From the NCBI GenBank assembly GCA_020137815.1, contig CM035359.1, forward strand, positions 248,001 to 312,000: 64,000 bases of DNA. The letters run 5' to 3'. The stretch is from Hormiphora californensis (taxonomy: Eukaryota > Animalia > Ctenophora). Below the pieces are notes generated by a model that ran no database searches, was not told the origin of the DNA, and saw only the letters and a program-made list of their open reading frames with translations. The stretch's first letter is position 1. Each line of letters begins with the position of its first letter. Below are positions 24,646 through 37,182 of the stretch, one piece after another. The position numbers and the translations under genes were made by a program.

Positions 24646-27600
24646 CTATCTGATAAGACGGCGGCCACCTCGAGACGGGGCTTTAGGTTTAACAAATGTT
24701 GCTCGGGATGCGTGTTTTTGAGGATGAATCATGTCGAATATCTCAGCCTCATTGACGTCGTTACCATCTGGGGATGGGGAGAGAGAGGTTAGGAGGTCTA
24801 AAAGGGAATAGAAAGACATATTTAGTAGGTGCTTTTTTTATAAAATAAATAAATTCCATCTTGTTTTGACTGTCAAGAAAAGGAAATAGAGCCAAATTCA
24901 TTATACATTTTCTCACCTGAGATTTCCTTTTTAGCAGCGATTTCCACACCATTACTTTCCAGAGCGGACAAGAATGAACTTTTAGTTGAGCTGTACATCA
25001 TTCGTTGCTTGACTGGAACCTGAATTCGGGAGGAAGTGGAGGTCTATCCGGGGTTAGAGATGGGGAGGTAGTGGAGGTCTATCCGGGGTTAGAGGTGGGG
25101 AGGTAGTGGAGGTCTATCCGGGGTTAGAGATGGGGAGGTAGTGGAGGTCTATCCGGGGTTAGAGATGGGGAGGTAGTGGAGGTCTATCCGGGGTTAGAGA
25201 TGGGGAGGTAGTGGAGGTCTATCCGGGGTTAGAGATGGGGAGGTAGTGGAGGTCTATCCGGGGTTAGAGATGGGGAGGTAGTGGAGGTCTATCCGGGGTT
25301 AGAGATGGGGAGGTAGTGGAGGTCTATCCGGGGTTAGAGATGGGGAGGAAGTGGAGGTCTATCCGGGGTTAGAGATGGGGAGGTAGTGGAGGTCTATCCG
25401 GGGTTAGAGATGGGGAGGTAGTGGAGGTCTATCCGGGGTTAGAGATGGGGAGGTAGTGGAGGTCTATCCGGGGTTACAGATGGGGAGGTAGTGGAGGTCT
25501 ATCCGGGGTTAGAGATGGGGAGGTAGTGGAGGTCTATCCGGGGTTAGAGATGGGGAGGTAGTGGAGGTCTATCCGGGGTTAGAGATGGGGAGGTAGTGGA
25601 GGTCTATCAGGGGTTAGAGATGGGGAGGTAGTGGAGGTCTATCCGGGGTTACAGATGGGGAGGTAGTGGAGGTCTATCCGGGGTTAGAGATGGGGAGGTA
25701 GTGGAGGTCTATCCGGGGTTAGAGATGGGGAGGTAGTGGAGGTCTATCCGGGGTTAGAGATGGGGAGGTAGTGGAGGTCTATCAGGGGTTAGAGATGGGG
25801 AGGTAGTGGAGGTCTATCAGGGGTTAGAGATGGGGAGGTAGTGGAGGTCTATCCGGGGTTACAGATGGGGAGGTAGTGGAGGTCTATCCGGGGTTAGAGA
25901 TGGGGAGGTAGTGGAGGTCTATCCGGGGTTAGAGATGGGGAGGTAGTGGAGGTCTATCCGGGGTTAGAGATGGGGAGGTAGTGGAGGTCTATCCGGGGTT
26001 AGAGATGGGGAGGTAGTGGAGGTCTATCCGGGGTTAGAGATGGGGAGGTAGTGGAGGTCTATCCGGGGTTAGAGATGGGGAGGTAGTGGAGGTCTATCAG
26101 GGGTTAGAGATGGGGAGGTAGTGGAGGTCTATCCGGGGTTAGAGATGGGGAGGTAGTGGAGGTCTATCCGGGGTTAGAGATGGGGAGGTAGTGGAGGTCT
26201 ATCCGGGGTTACAGATGGGGAGGTAGTGGAGGTCTATCCGGGGTTAGAGATGGGGAGGGTAGGGGAGGTCTATCCGGGGTTAGAGGTGGGGAGGTAGTGG
26301 AGGTCTATCCGGGGTTAGAGATGGGGAGGTTAGAGATAAGACGAGGGTAGGGGAGGAAAGGGACGAGGGTAGGGGAGGGGTCGAGGGTAGATGGGAAGAA
26401 AAGGGACGAGGGTAAGTGGGGGAGGGTAGGTGGCGACGCGACGAGGGTAGGTTGGGATATGGTGATATGGGAAAGCAACTAGGTCCTAGTTGCCTTCCTA
26501 GTTACTAGCCACTAGGAAGGCAATTCTCATCAGACTTTTTAGTTTGTAAAAAATAAATTTCATATGTTCTTACATTGTACCCCGGGCAGCTGTATAAAAA
26601 CACCACTTTCCAGATCTTCTCTCCCTCAAAATCGTGGTTAAAGTTGAACAGGTGGTACCTGCAGGAATAACCTCAGTTGAGTTTACGATAGCCTTAGTTG
26701 AATGTTTTGTTTAACTGTGTCTCTAGTCAGGGTCTGACTATACCTTGGTTCATCCAGGGGTATCTTGTCACTGAGATCACCAACTTGGATATTTGAGCAG
26801 TCCCACAACTTCAACTCCTCTTTTTCTGAAATCAGAAGAAGTCACAAATATTGGTTTTGTACAAGAATAATTAAACTTGAGAAAAGGATGGAAATATAAT
26901 TACTTCTACATAGTTGCCTTGCTCGACCCTGTTTCACCACGGAAAGTGCGAAGCCTCTTTTACAAATGTAAATAAAAGGAGGGTAAGATCATATCAATTC
27001 TAGGTGTACCTGTGTCAAGTTTTATTTGGAGGTAGTTCACAAAGCCCTTTTTGAACTTCTCCAGATTCGTTTCCAATTCCTGCAACATGACAGCTTGTTA
27101 TAGTCGGACCCCGATTTACCGGGATTTTATCGGGGTTCGATCCGGTATATCGGGGTCCGGTAAATCATGACCTTGTTAAATGTTCTAAACCGAGAAGGTT
27201 CAGCCCAGTACCCTACTGTTATACCTGTGCTATTGGAAGGTTCAACCCAGGGAGTGTGGCAGAGTGACTTGACATTTGGGATCGGATAACCGCCTCATTC
27301 TTCGAAACCTGGAAACATAGTAGATCGAAGTAGTTGATATATCTCTTTTATGTATTTGTATTGATATCTTTTTACTAATGAGCGATACTTATTATTTGGA
27401 TTAGATGGCTGGTGAATTGAATGATTGGTGCGTGTGTGATGACGTCATAGTGATGACGTCATTTCAACTCCCATTTACCTCAATCTGACGGAGAATTTAA
27501 GTGAGTGAAAAATGGTGTACATTGGTGAAAATTTAATGTACATATTTCTACTGCAATACATAAAGATTTGCTACTAAGTAGTAAGTGATCAAGTTTTCTA

Positions 27601-30600
27601 AAAGTCTGGATCTTACAAATTTAAAATACAAATTACCTCTTCAAGTTCCTTCTCTGCCTCAGTCATGGGCGCCTGACTGCTTTCGGAAAGGGTGTGATTC
27701 TTGTAGCCCTGTAGAGACAGCTCCTCGGGGAATGTGGCCATGAACTGAGAGAGAGGAAACTGGTTAATTCTCTGGAGAGATTGTTATTTTAACTAAGAGA
27801 TCAGGTAATACAATATAATATAACGTTTAGGGATATTTAGAGAGAGTTGAATCTGAAAAAGGATAACCCCTCGAGGGGAGGGCCACTAAACTCACATCAA
27901 CTGATATCCTGTTGTCACCCCAGATTCGTTTCAGGGTGGCCCGAGTCGCTGCGTACAACATCTTGCTCTTCACAGAGGCCTCGTTTGGGACATACGACAT
28001 GAACACGTAGTCATACTGTCCTGCACTGCAACATAAAGTGTGGGGTAACCGTGGGGTAACCGTGACATAAAGTGTTGGGTAACCGTGACATAAAGTGTGG
28101 GGTAACCGTGACATAAAGTGTGGGGTAACCGTGACATAAAGTGTGGGGTAACCGTGACATAAAGTGTGGGGTAACTGTGACATAAAGTGTGGGGTAACTG
28201 TGACATAAAGTGTGGGGTAACCGTGACATAAAGTGTGGGGTAACCGTGACATAAAGTGTGGGGTAACCGTGACATAAAGTGTGGGGTAACCGTGACATAA
28301 AGTGTGGGGTAACCGTGACATAAAGTGTGGGGTAACCGTGACATAAAGTGTGGGGTAACCGTGACATAAAGTGTGGGGTAACCGTGACATAAAGTGTGGG
28401 GTAACCGTGACATAAAGTGTGGGGTAACCGTGACATAAAGTGTGGGGTAACCGTGACATAAAGTGTGGGGTAACCGTGACATAAAATGTGGGGTAACCGT
28501 GACACAAAGTGTGGGGTAACCGTGACATAAAGTGTGGGGTAACCGTGACATAAAGTGTGGGGTAACCGTGACATAAAGTGTGGGGTAACCGTGACATAAA
28601 GTGTGGGGTAACCGTGACAGAAAGTGAGGGGTAACCGTGACATAAAGTGTGGGGTAACCGTGACATAAAGTGTGGGGTAACCGTGACATAAAGTGAGGGG
28701 TAACCGTGACATAAATTGTGGGATAACCGTGACATAACGTGTGGGATAACCGTGACATAAAGTGTGGGGTAACCGTGACATAAAATGTGGGATAACCGTG
28801 ACATAAAGTGTTGGGCAACCGTGACATAAAGTGTGGGGTAACCGTGACATAAAGTGTGGGGCAACCGTGACATAAAGTGTGGGGTAACCGTGACATAAAG
28901 TGTGGGGTAACCGTGACATAAAGTGTGGGGTAACCGTGACATAAAGTGTGGGGTAACCGTGACATAAAGTGTGGGGTAACCGTGACATAAAGTGTGGGGT
29001 AACCGTGACATAAAGTGTGGGGTAACCGTGACATAAAGTGTGGGGTAACATATGTATGAGGTCTTCTCTGTCCATGACAAATGACAGGGTCCTCCAATCT
29101 CCATACTATAATCTCTATGAGGCCAATATTATTTGATTTACCGAACCATCACGCAGCGCTAAAATAAATTGACGGTGTGAGGCACACAAAATATTATTTA
29201 CAAATATAATATTAAAGTGCATTTAAACATTGTCATTGGTCTTGCTGAAGCCAGGGGGCCACACGGGAGGTAGTGAACGTCGTCCAGGAGTGATGTTCTG
29301 CGTGATGAATTACGCCACGTATGATACTAATACTATAAAAGAGGTGAGATTAAGATGAATGTTAGATCGCATAAAGATGAAGGTTGCATCTATCGTATTG
29401 GTTTCACTCCTAGCAAGCTCCGTGTCCGGTAAGCTTGGTGATCCCCCCTGTCTGGTGGCGCCGACCCGATCTGAGCGCACTGCCGCTATCAAAACGGGGT
29501 CTGGCAACGCCAGACAGGTAACCCCCCATAGTACTAAGACCTCTTTTCGCTATGAAATCAAGTACCGTACACTGCTTCAAACTCTGTTCATTTCCACCAG
29601 GTGAGTATGATTGGTGTTCCTATCCGAACAGCGTCATGAATGGTGGCTTATGTAGTGGCGAGAATTCGTTTGAATCGAAGTCAGACGCTCAGAGTGCTTG
29701 TCATGCGAGGGCAGATTGTATGGGAGTTGTTGAAGATCCCACCACTGGCAAAACCACTCTGAGGAAGGGACCTTCAGTATTGGTGGGAGAGAGTAATTCA
29801 GGTAAATTTACTTCTAGTTGCTAGATTTAATCACTGTGCTAGGAAGCGCAGAGCTAACATTGACCCCACCCAATCCCCCACTTTAAACTTCCTTAAACTA
29901 CCTTTTTCATCACAGGGGAAACTGCCTGGGTTGTATGTAAAAGTGATAAATCAGATATGAAATTTACCGAGTACAAAGACATGTACATTCCTGGTACTTG
30001 CGATGGTGACCCTAGGGCTGTTAGCTTTACATCAAAGAAATACGCTCTCCGGTGGTGCGCCAAGAGGGCGGACTGTAGAGGGATAACATATCAATATGGA
30101 ACATACAGTTTGAGGAAGGGACCTGCTGTAAAGGGTCGCACTGGAACAGGTATAAACTATTAAACAGCACACCCACATTTTGCACCACCCCCATATTGAT
30201 TCTTAGGTCTTACAGAATAATAACAATTGTTTATTTACAGATGAACGGTCCTATGTTCAGCGTTAATTGGATTCAGACGGGTGCTGCACGGGCAATAAGG
30301 ATGGGACTCTTAATGAGAGGCTAAAGTGGGACCATCCGCATCATCAAACGCGACCGTTGGAGTATCTCTGGTGTCGCTAAACCCCGTTTTAATTTTCAGT
30401 TATACAAAGAATAGTGATGGACAGTTTTTTGGAAGATGAATGAAAATATTTTAATGTAAACTACAAATTTAGTGCATTGTTAGTGTTAAAATTAAAAATA
30501 AGTATAGCGTTTAATTTGTTCAAGATATGAACTGGAGATATGCAGAATGCAGTTGGAAATAAGGGCAAATTTTGATTTGCCACAGACGTCGTCCAGACGC

Positions 30601-31599
30601 CGTCTACTCGCCGTGCAGACTAGAGATCGCGTCGGGATTTCCGTCTGGACGGCGTAGAGACCGTGACATAAAGTGTGGGGTAACTGTGACATAAAGTGTG
30701 GGGTAACCGTGACATAAAGTGTGGGGTAACCGTGACATAAAGTGTGGGGTAACCGTGACATAAAGTGTGGGGTAATCGTGACATAAAGTGTGGGGTAACC
30801 GTGACATAAAGTGTGGGGTAACCTTGACATAAAGTGTGGGGTAACCGTGACATAAAGGGGTATATTATGGACCCCTACCACAACTCACGTGTTTTTCTCA
30901 AGCCGATACATGATATAACAGGGTTCACCATCCTCGATGCACACCATCACATTCCGGTCCCAATCTGCCTCCCAGTCGCCCACTGCTAACCTAAAAATAA
31001 TAATCATGGTTACCATGGTAACAACTTGATAACAACCATGGTAACCAAAGTAACAAATTGACTCTGACGATTCGGACTCTTACCTGTTCTGCTGCACTAC
31101 CAGTTCCTCATCTTCAATCACAATCTTTATACACCTGGAGAGATTGTTACTTTAACTAAGAGAGCAGAGGTAAGATTGTTACTTTAACTAAGAGAGAGAG
31201 ACCAGAGCCCAGAGGTAAGATTGTTACTTTAACTAAGAGAGCCCAGAGGTAAGATTGTTACTTTAACTAAGAGAGAGACCAGAGGTAAGATTGTTACTTT
31301 AACTAAGAGAGAGACCAGAGGTAAGATTGTTACTTTAACTAGGAGAGAGACCAGAGCACAGAGGTAAGATTGTTACTTTAACTAAGAGAGAGACCAGAGG
31401 TAAGATTGTTACTTTAACTAAGAGAGAGACCAGAGGTAAGATTGTTACTTTAACTAAGAGAGAGAGACCAGAGCCCAGAGGTAAGATTGTTACTTTAACT
31501 AAGAGAGAGAGCAGGTACTAACCGATCGCTATGATGTCCCGTATTCTCCAGGTAAGCACTGAACGCTGTCGATGCAACTATGCCCGTCTGGCAAGACAT
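24646..31599 (-). CDS. TWF: Twinfilin (two ADF-H domains), 337 aa, 11 exons: 31523-31599, 31084-31134, 30889-30990, 27896-28025, 27637-27744, 27225-27308, 27010-27079, 26744-26825, 26574-26658, 24917-25019, 24646-24767
   Basis: The spliced product reads MSCQTGI...EPCYIMYRL...KMLYAATRATLK...APMTEAEKELEE...PRYHLF...VFLYSCPGY...RMMYSSTK...FVKPKAPSRGGRRLIR, all twinfilin hallmarks; all introns are GT-AG and in phase (1014 nt). Confidence 0.95.
25029..26335. repeat. 35-bp minisatellite (GGGGAGGTAGTGGAGGTCTATCCGGGGTTAGAGAT), about 37 copies, in twinfilin intron 9
   Basis: Direct tandem array. Confidence 0.97.
28031..29049. repeat. 23-bp minisatellite (CCGTGACATAAAGTGTGGGGTAA), about 44 copies, in twinfilin intron 3
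   Basis: Direct tandem array; produces the 23-aa-periodic spurious ORFs. Confidence 0.97.
29377..30266 (+). CDS. Nested secreted protein with two Cys-containing repeats (PAN/apple-like by inference); exons 29377-29428, 29601-29801, 29916-30149, 30241-30266
   Basis: TATAAAA at 29334; signal peptide MKVASIVLVSLLASSVSG; three phase-1 GT-AG introns; two repeats sharing F.SK..A...C..RADC.G...LRKGP.V; open to the TAA at 30264-30266. Confidence 0.85.
30660..30858. repeat. Second block of the same 23-bp minisatellite, about 8-9 copies
   Basis: Same unit and orientation as 28031-29049. Confidence 0.95.
31139..31512. repeat. About 33-44-bp minisatellite (GAGGTAAGATTGTTACTTTAACTAAGAGAG...) filling twinfilin intron 1
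   Basis: Tandem units; related copies at about 27777-27802, about 56632-56655 and, inverted, 60886-61365. Confidence 0.9.
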
Positions 31600-32476
31600 A
31601 GCTAGAAATACCAGGGGTTTGAAACTAATTTTACAAATAACACGGATTTGTAACTATGGTCACAACTAACCACACAGCTAACGGTTTTAGGGGAATAAAA
31701 TCGGCTTTATGTACCCACATTTTATTGTTATGTTCTAACCCTCCCTTTACATTTGTAAAGCCCGAAACACAGTCTATCTTGGCAAACATTTTATGGGTCA
31801 GCTGTGTGAGAGACTGGGGAGTGAAGTGCAAGATAAACTCTCCAATTTAGAAAAATCAAAAACACGTTGCAATACAAAGTGGACAATGTAGCGAATTACG
31901 AATACCGGAAGACACCAGTACATGTACAACTGCAACTGCTCATGTGCTAAGTTAATTCTACAACTTCTGTCTATGACAGAGTTCCGAGTTCCGAGTTTTA
32001 TATCCAAAATCACGACCAAATATAGTCATATTGGTGAACAGAAAAACTACCCTCATTCTAGAAGTTCTACCTAGGGACATGGGTATTGGGTTTTTATCCA
32101 AAATAACGACCAAATATTATGAGAGGTAGTTTTTCTGTTCACCAATATGACTATATTTGCAAATATAGTCATATTGGTGAACAGAAAAACTACCTCTCAT
32201 GTGCTAAAAAGTCAATTCAATTGAATTGCTACCCAGGACCAAATATGATAATTTTTATACCCTTAATTCCGGGGTTGACTATGGTATCCCCCGATCCCCC
32301 CACCCAGCGACAAGGTCGAAGTTTTTTATCGAAATTCACGACCAAAGATGGTCATGTTGGGCAATAGAAAAACTGCCCCACGTGCTGCGTGGATCTAGAT
32401 TATTCTAGTGCACAACTTTCTGATTCTGAGAAGTCCAACTTTTGTCTTCGAAACCCAATTAGGCAGTGGATATATA

Positions 32477-32683
32477 TCACCCCGATGATTTGTTCTCCAT
32501 TCCTTCCTTCACCTGATCTTTAAACCCATCACACGGCCCTCTCATACTCTCCTCCTGAATACAACACTCTACAAGTCTGTCAATCACATCTTCACATTTC
32601 TCAACCCGGTATTGATACCGGGCTAAACAGGTCTGGAGAGAACACGCTATGGGCTGACAAGGATGCTTCTTCTTCTTGGACAT
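32477..32683 (-). CDS. CMC4: Cx9C-motif protein CMC4 (p8 MTCP1-like), 68 aa
   Basis: HPCQPIACSLQTCL...EKC..VI..L..CC...C.GF matches the p8-MTCP1/CMC4 cysteine pattern and length. Confidence 0.88.
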   Translation of the reverse strand: MSKKKKHPCQPIACSLQTCLARYQYRVEKCEDVIDRLVECCIQEESMRGPCDGFKDQVKEGMENKSSG

Positions 32684-33107
32684 GAGGAGCTAAACAAGAG
32701 AGAGTTTGAAAGAATTTGGGGTGGGAAATGGGGCTTGAATTATAGGTGGGAGGTTTATGCAGGAAGCTCAATGTGTGTGCACTTGGAATTTCGCATACAA
32801 AACAAGTGTACAGCAGCAGTACTGGTGTTGACAGAATATTAGCAGCATAATATTGCTCTACACAGAACACCGAAAAACTGTTTTTTGAGTAAAACAAAAA
32901 AAATAAAGCTGATAGTAAAACGTTTTAAATAACAAAAAAGATATTAAGATAGATAAATAAACGTGTAAAAGAAGTGTTTGTGTGTACAAAAAAAACAACA
33001 ATCACAGCTCGAAACTGACCCATTCCCCTTCCTAGTTCAATGTTCAACTGCCGGCATCATATTCTGTTCAGTTCATACCCGCAATTTCGTCGATATCAGT
33101 TGAACAT

Positions 33108-35748
33108 TTACTGCCTGTCAATAGCCCCCATGAAATCTGCTCCTTCACCAACATTTCCAATGCCCTCATCATTTACTCCTTCATCAACAATTTCAATGCC
33201 CTCATCATTTACTCCTTCATCAATATCATCATCGTGATCGTCCTCTGACAGATCCCCAAACGCCTCCCCTACAACCTCCTCACCTCGTTGTAGCAACATG
33301 GAGGGGGGAAGTGAAAAGAGGAGAGGATTGAAACCGATGGGTGCTTGTCGAGGATCCTCTTGAGATCCAACACTTTCAACATCACTTCCCCTGTGCTCCA
33401 TCTCCTGAGGGAAAGAGATATGTAGAAGAAAGTGGCTACAAAGTACAATACAAATAGGAAGAATTTGTAGACAAAAAAGGCTCAGATGTGTGAAACATCC
33501 TCACAAACAGTCAATCAAACAAATGCAAATATATGTACCCTAATTTCCTCTTTAGTTGGATTTAGTAATCCAGTTTTTTTGAACTCGTTATAGTCAGGCT
33601 CGTAGAGAGATGTGGGGTTAACTTCCATAACATGACGTAGTTCCTCCAACATCAGCTTGTTATCGTGTCTGGGGGGATAATAGGTGAACAAACACATTAA
33701 TCTGTACAACTACTGCAGGAGTCGGGACGTTTTGTTATACCGTGCGGGGCTATACAAATGCCCCCTCCCTCTTAGATTAACATAAAGATCTGCAGATAGA
33801 GTTTTGGGATGCTGACCTCCTTTCTCAGTATTTTAGTTACATATTTTATCCTATGGCCGAAATTTTAGTAGACTTTTGTTATGTTGTATATGCGTGTGTG
33901 CTTTGTGTGCAGTGTGCTCGTGTGTGTACAATTGGGCTTCCTTTTTACGTGTATCATATTACAATATGGAGAGAGAGTTAGTTAGAGTGGAGAGAGAGAA
34001 TTTGTTAGAATCGAGAGAACCGATGTTATGAATCCAATTTACTTTCAAACTCTGACCGAGTAACTGACATTCCTTATAATTACAGAACTGAACCAAATAC
34101 CAATGATAATTTGAACTTGATATTGCCGGGATATGAATGATATGTGCAAATTCATAAATTTTGACCCCCACCGGGCCCCCCACCCCGACTGACCTAGTGG
34201 TGCTTCTACATACTCTCTCACCTGCCCAACTTTCAACCTGCCCAACTCTCACCTGTGCCTTAGCAGATTAATTTCCATTTCATCATCAGAGTCGAGCCCA
34301 CCAACTTCCTCATCCTCTTTCTCCTTGCCTACCCCGGTAAAAACCAAATTACCCTGTTGAACGTATGGAACGATCGGTTTAGCCTCCCCTCCCCCATCCT
34401 CGATCTCCTCCACCCCTCCTCCTTCCCTTTCTCCCTTCTCCTTCACATCTTCTGCAGATGACGTCATGACTTCAATCGCAGCAAGAGTGTTTTGTGCCAC
34501 ATCCAAGTTGATCTTGATCAGCGATATAAACTTCTCCCCCACCTCATCTCCACCAGAGTTGGCTACCTCCCTGCACCTCATAGTTGCCTACATTTAGAGA
34601 GGAGTGTAGGAGTTGGAGCTGGTGACGTAGTGCCCTCCCAGCACTCGCTGGACCAGGTGTCATATCAATATTGGGATCAGATACGGTCGAGGGAGAGGAC
34701 AGGGTGATACTATCCGGAACTGAGATTAGAGTCTCATAGTGCCGCTTGATTTGGTGTTCCGTGAAGGACAGGAGAACAGCGAGATCGGTTAGTTTCGTGA
34801 TTGCTGTCGGCAGGTAAAACACATCAACTTCCCCGCAAGACCAACTCTGTCTAAATGTTCCAACAACCACCTTCCACAGCACCTCACTCCCAACATGCTC
34901 AACTAGTTTCAGATAGTACCGGAGCGTGTGACTGGTATAAGAACCGGAGAAGATTTCCACATCATCTTGGAGGCAAAGGTATCTGTTAACACAATCCATG
35001 TCGGAAGTCATCTGAAAGTTCTTCAGAAGCCACTGTATCATGTCCCTGTGTGCTCGGTAAACATCGTTCAGCGCCTCAAATAGAGCAACTCGGAGTTGGT
35101 GATGCTCCAAAATGCTGCCCTCAGCGGCTTCCACGCTATCCAATCTCGCCCAAGTTAGCCCAGCAGCGTGGGTCGTCTTGGCAACTTGACAATCCCGGAG
35201 AAAGGAGACAATCACTTTGGTGGTTTGTTTGAACTTCGGAGGTGTTCACAGTAGTTGTTGAGAGGAGTCAGGGAGAGAGAGACTTGGGAGTGGAAAAAGT
35301 AGAGGGAGAGTAGCAGGAGGATGCAATAAATCGATGTTGTAATCGTGGACTGAGTAAGGAAAATGTATCCTGTAATTGGAGTTATGATACAACCTGCTAC
35401 GGCGAAGAGCATGAAGACAGAAGAGTTGAGGGATGATTTTAATGTTTCTGATCCCTCCAAATGTGAAATGTGATTGGCGTGTAATGTCAAAAGATTTGGC
35501 ACAATGGTCTGTCTGATTTCACGGAGTTTTGAAGTTGAGGTACTGAAAAACTGCCGAAAAGATTTAATAAGTTCATCCAATTGTCCTGGTCCAAGTTTAG
35601 ATGAGACATCGACACTCATTTTGGAAGGTTTTGAATCTGGTTGGATGTTAGTTTCTGCTCTCCCCATCGTCTCAGTATCTGTCATTCCGATTTCTTTCAG
35701 GTACTGATGGAGTGGCGAGTTTTCCAATACAACCTCGCCATCCGCCAT
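33108..35748 (-). CDS. VEZT: Vezatin-like protein; exons 34253-35748 (two frameshifts near 35225-35240 and 34586-34590), 33539-33668, 33108-33404
   Basis: N-terminus EVVLENSPLHQYLKEIG matches the vezatin start (EVVFENSPLYQYLQDLG); two adjacent hydrophobic segments; acidic C-terminus; splice phases are consistent. Confidence 0.8.
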
Positions 35749-36114
35749 TTACTAAGTTCTTAACAGTTACAAAATAGAAACGAAAATTTAATCTTTGACC
35801 TCCGTCCTCCCTGATTTTATGAGCAAACAAAACCAGAACCTAAGTCCTAATTCATGAACATCTGGATTATAGAAGCTGGAAGGCAATGCTAAGTAAAATG
35901 CTAATTCTAGAGGGTCGTACTGCAATGGGCTTTCTCGATGAATAGCGCGTTTTCTCTCGTGGATTACAATTTGGTGCAGCCTGCAGGGATCAGAATTCCA
36001 CCTTAGGCGACGGCTGCCAAAAAATTGGCATATGTTACAGACCCCAATTCATCGCCGCGTTCAGTGTGGGACAAGGTAGCCCTTCTCAAGCTTACAAAAT
36101 ATATTTTAATAAAG

Positions 36115-36331
36115 CCAAAAATAACAATAACAATAACAATAACAATAACATTTAACATTTATAAATCGCTTTTGAGCGAAAAGTGTTTATCTCGATCGAC
36201 TTATACTAAAGCGTCCTTTCGATCAAAACTCGCTTTCTAAAGCGCATCTTCGTATGAATGTCCTTCCGAAAGTCCTCGTTGTCATATAATTAAATACATA
36301 GTTAATAAGTTAATTAAAAAACAGCATAAAC
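36115..36331 (-). mobile_element. L2-type LINE 3' end with (GTTATT)n tail
   Basis: Near-identical reverse complement of about 43300-43505; contains CGCTTT...AAAGCGATTTATAAATG followed by a short tandem tail, as in L2 3' ends. Confidence 0.65.
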
Positions 36332-36394
36332 ATAACAAAGACGACAGGAATTTCAAAAAATAACGAAAACTGAAAACTGCATCTGCTTTAATAA

Positions 36395-37056
36395 GGAACC
36401 ATAATAAAGTTCAAGAGCCTCCAAGAGCACCCAAGAGCGCACACGATCGAAGAGAGACCACACCTGAGAGCGCACCACACCCAAAAGAGACCTCATCCAA
36501 GAGCGCACCACCTCCAGAAGACACCACTTCAAGAGCGCACCACATCAAAGAGAGCTCCCCATCCAGAAGATACCACGCGCAGGGGACACCACGCGCAGAA
36601 GAGACCAGCGCGGCGTTGCATTTGCGCGTGCGGTCTCTTCTGCGCGTGGTGTCCCCTGCGCGCGGTGTCTTCTGCATGGGGAGCTCTCTTTGATGTGGTG
36701 CACTCTTCAAGTGGTGTCTTTTGGAGGTGGTGCGCTCTGGAAAACGTTAAAATCTGGGTGCCTTTCATTGCTAACAATTCGTAGTTTTAGCGCGCGCGAC
36801 GGGTTAGGGCTATCCGTTAGGGTCTGGTTAGGGTTTGGTTTGGGGTTATCGGTTAGGGCTATCGATTCTCTAACAGATACCGTTTAGTTTACTCAAATTG
36901 GCCATGTGGTTGCGTGGCTATAGCCGTTTGAAAAAAGTCGGTCTAAGTGTACTCTTTTGGTAGCGCGCACCTGTAAACACGCTGCAAGGCACCCAGATTA
37001 TAATCGCGCCCGTGCGCTCTTGGATGGGGTGCGCTCTTGAACTTTATTATGGCACC
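36395..37056. mobile_element. TIR-bounded non-autonomous element with internal palindrome and GTTAGGG-like repeats
   Basis: CCATAATAAAGTTCAAGAGC / GCTCTTGAACTTTATTATGG; palindrome at about 36500-36735; GGTTAGGG motifs at 36801-36858. Confidence 0.65.
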
Positions 37057-37182
37057 GCGGACGACTGAGGGCAGAAGGCAGCAGCGGTCGGGATGACAGT
37101 ATCTACCAAATAGACTAAATCTTTTATTTATATAATTTATTGACCCCGTTTGTTTAATTTATTATTGACATTGTAAGTGTGT

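Noticed and set aside
25029-26335. CRISPR-like array (35-bp period)
   Set aside because: Head-to-tail identical units with no unique spacers and no cas genes; intronic in a eukaryotic gene.
27827-29104. 354-425-aa ORFs with PHFMSRLPHTLCHGY repeats
   Set aside because: Translation of the 23-bp satellite, open in all three - frames; only 27896-28025 is real (twinfilin exon 4).
36801-36858. Interstitial telomere
   Set aside because: Only scattered GTTAGGG motifs inside a TIR element, not a tandem array.
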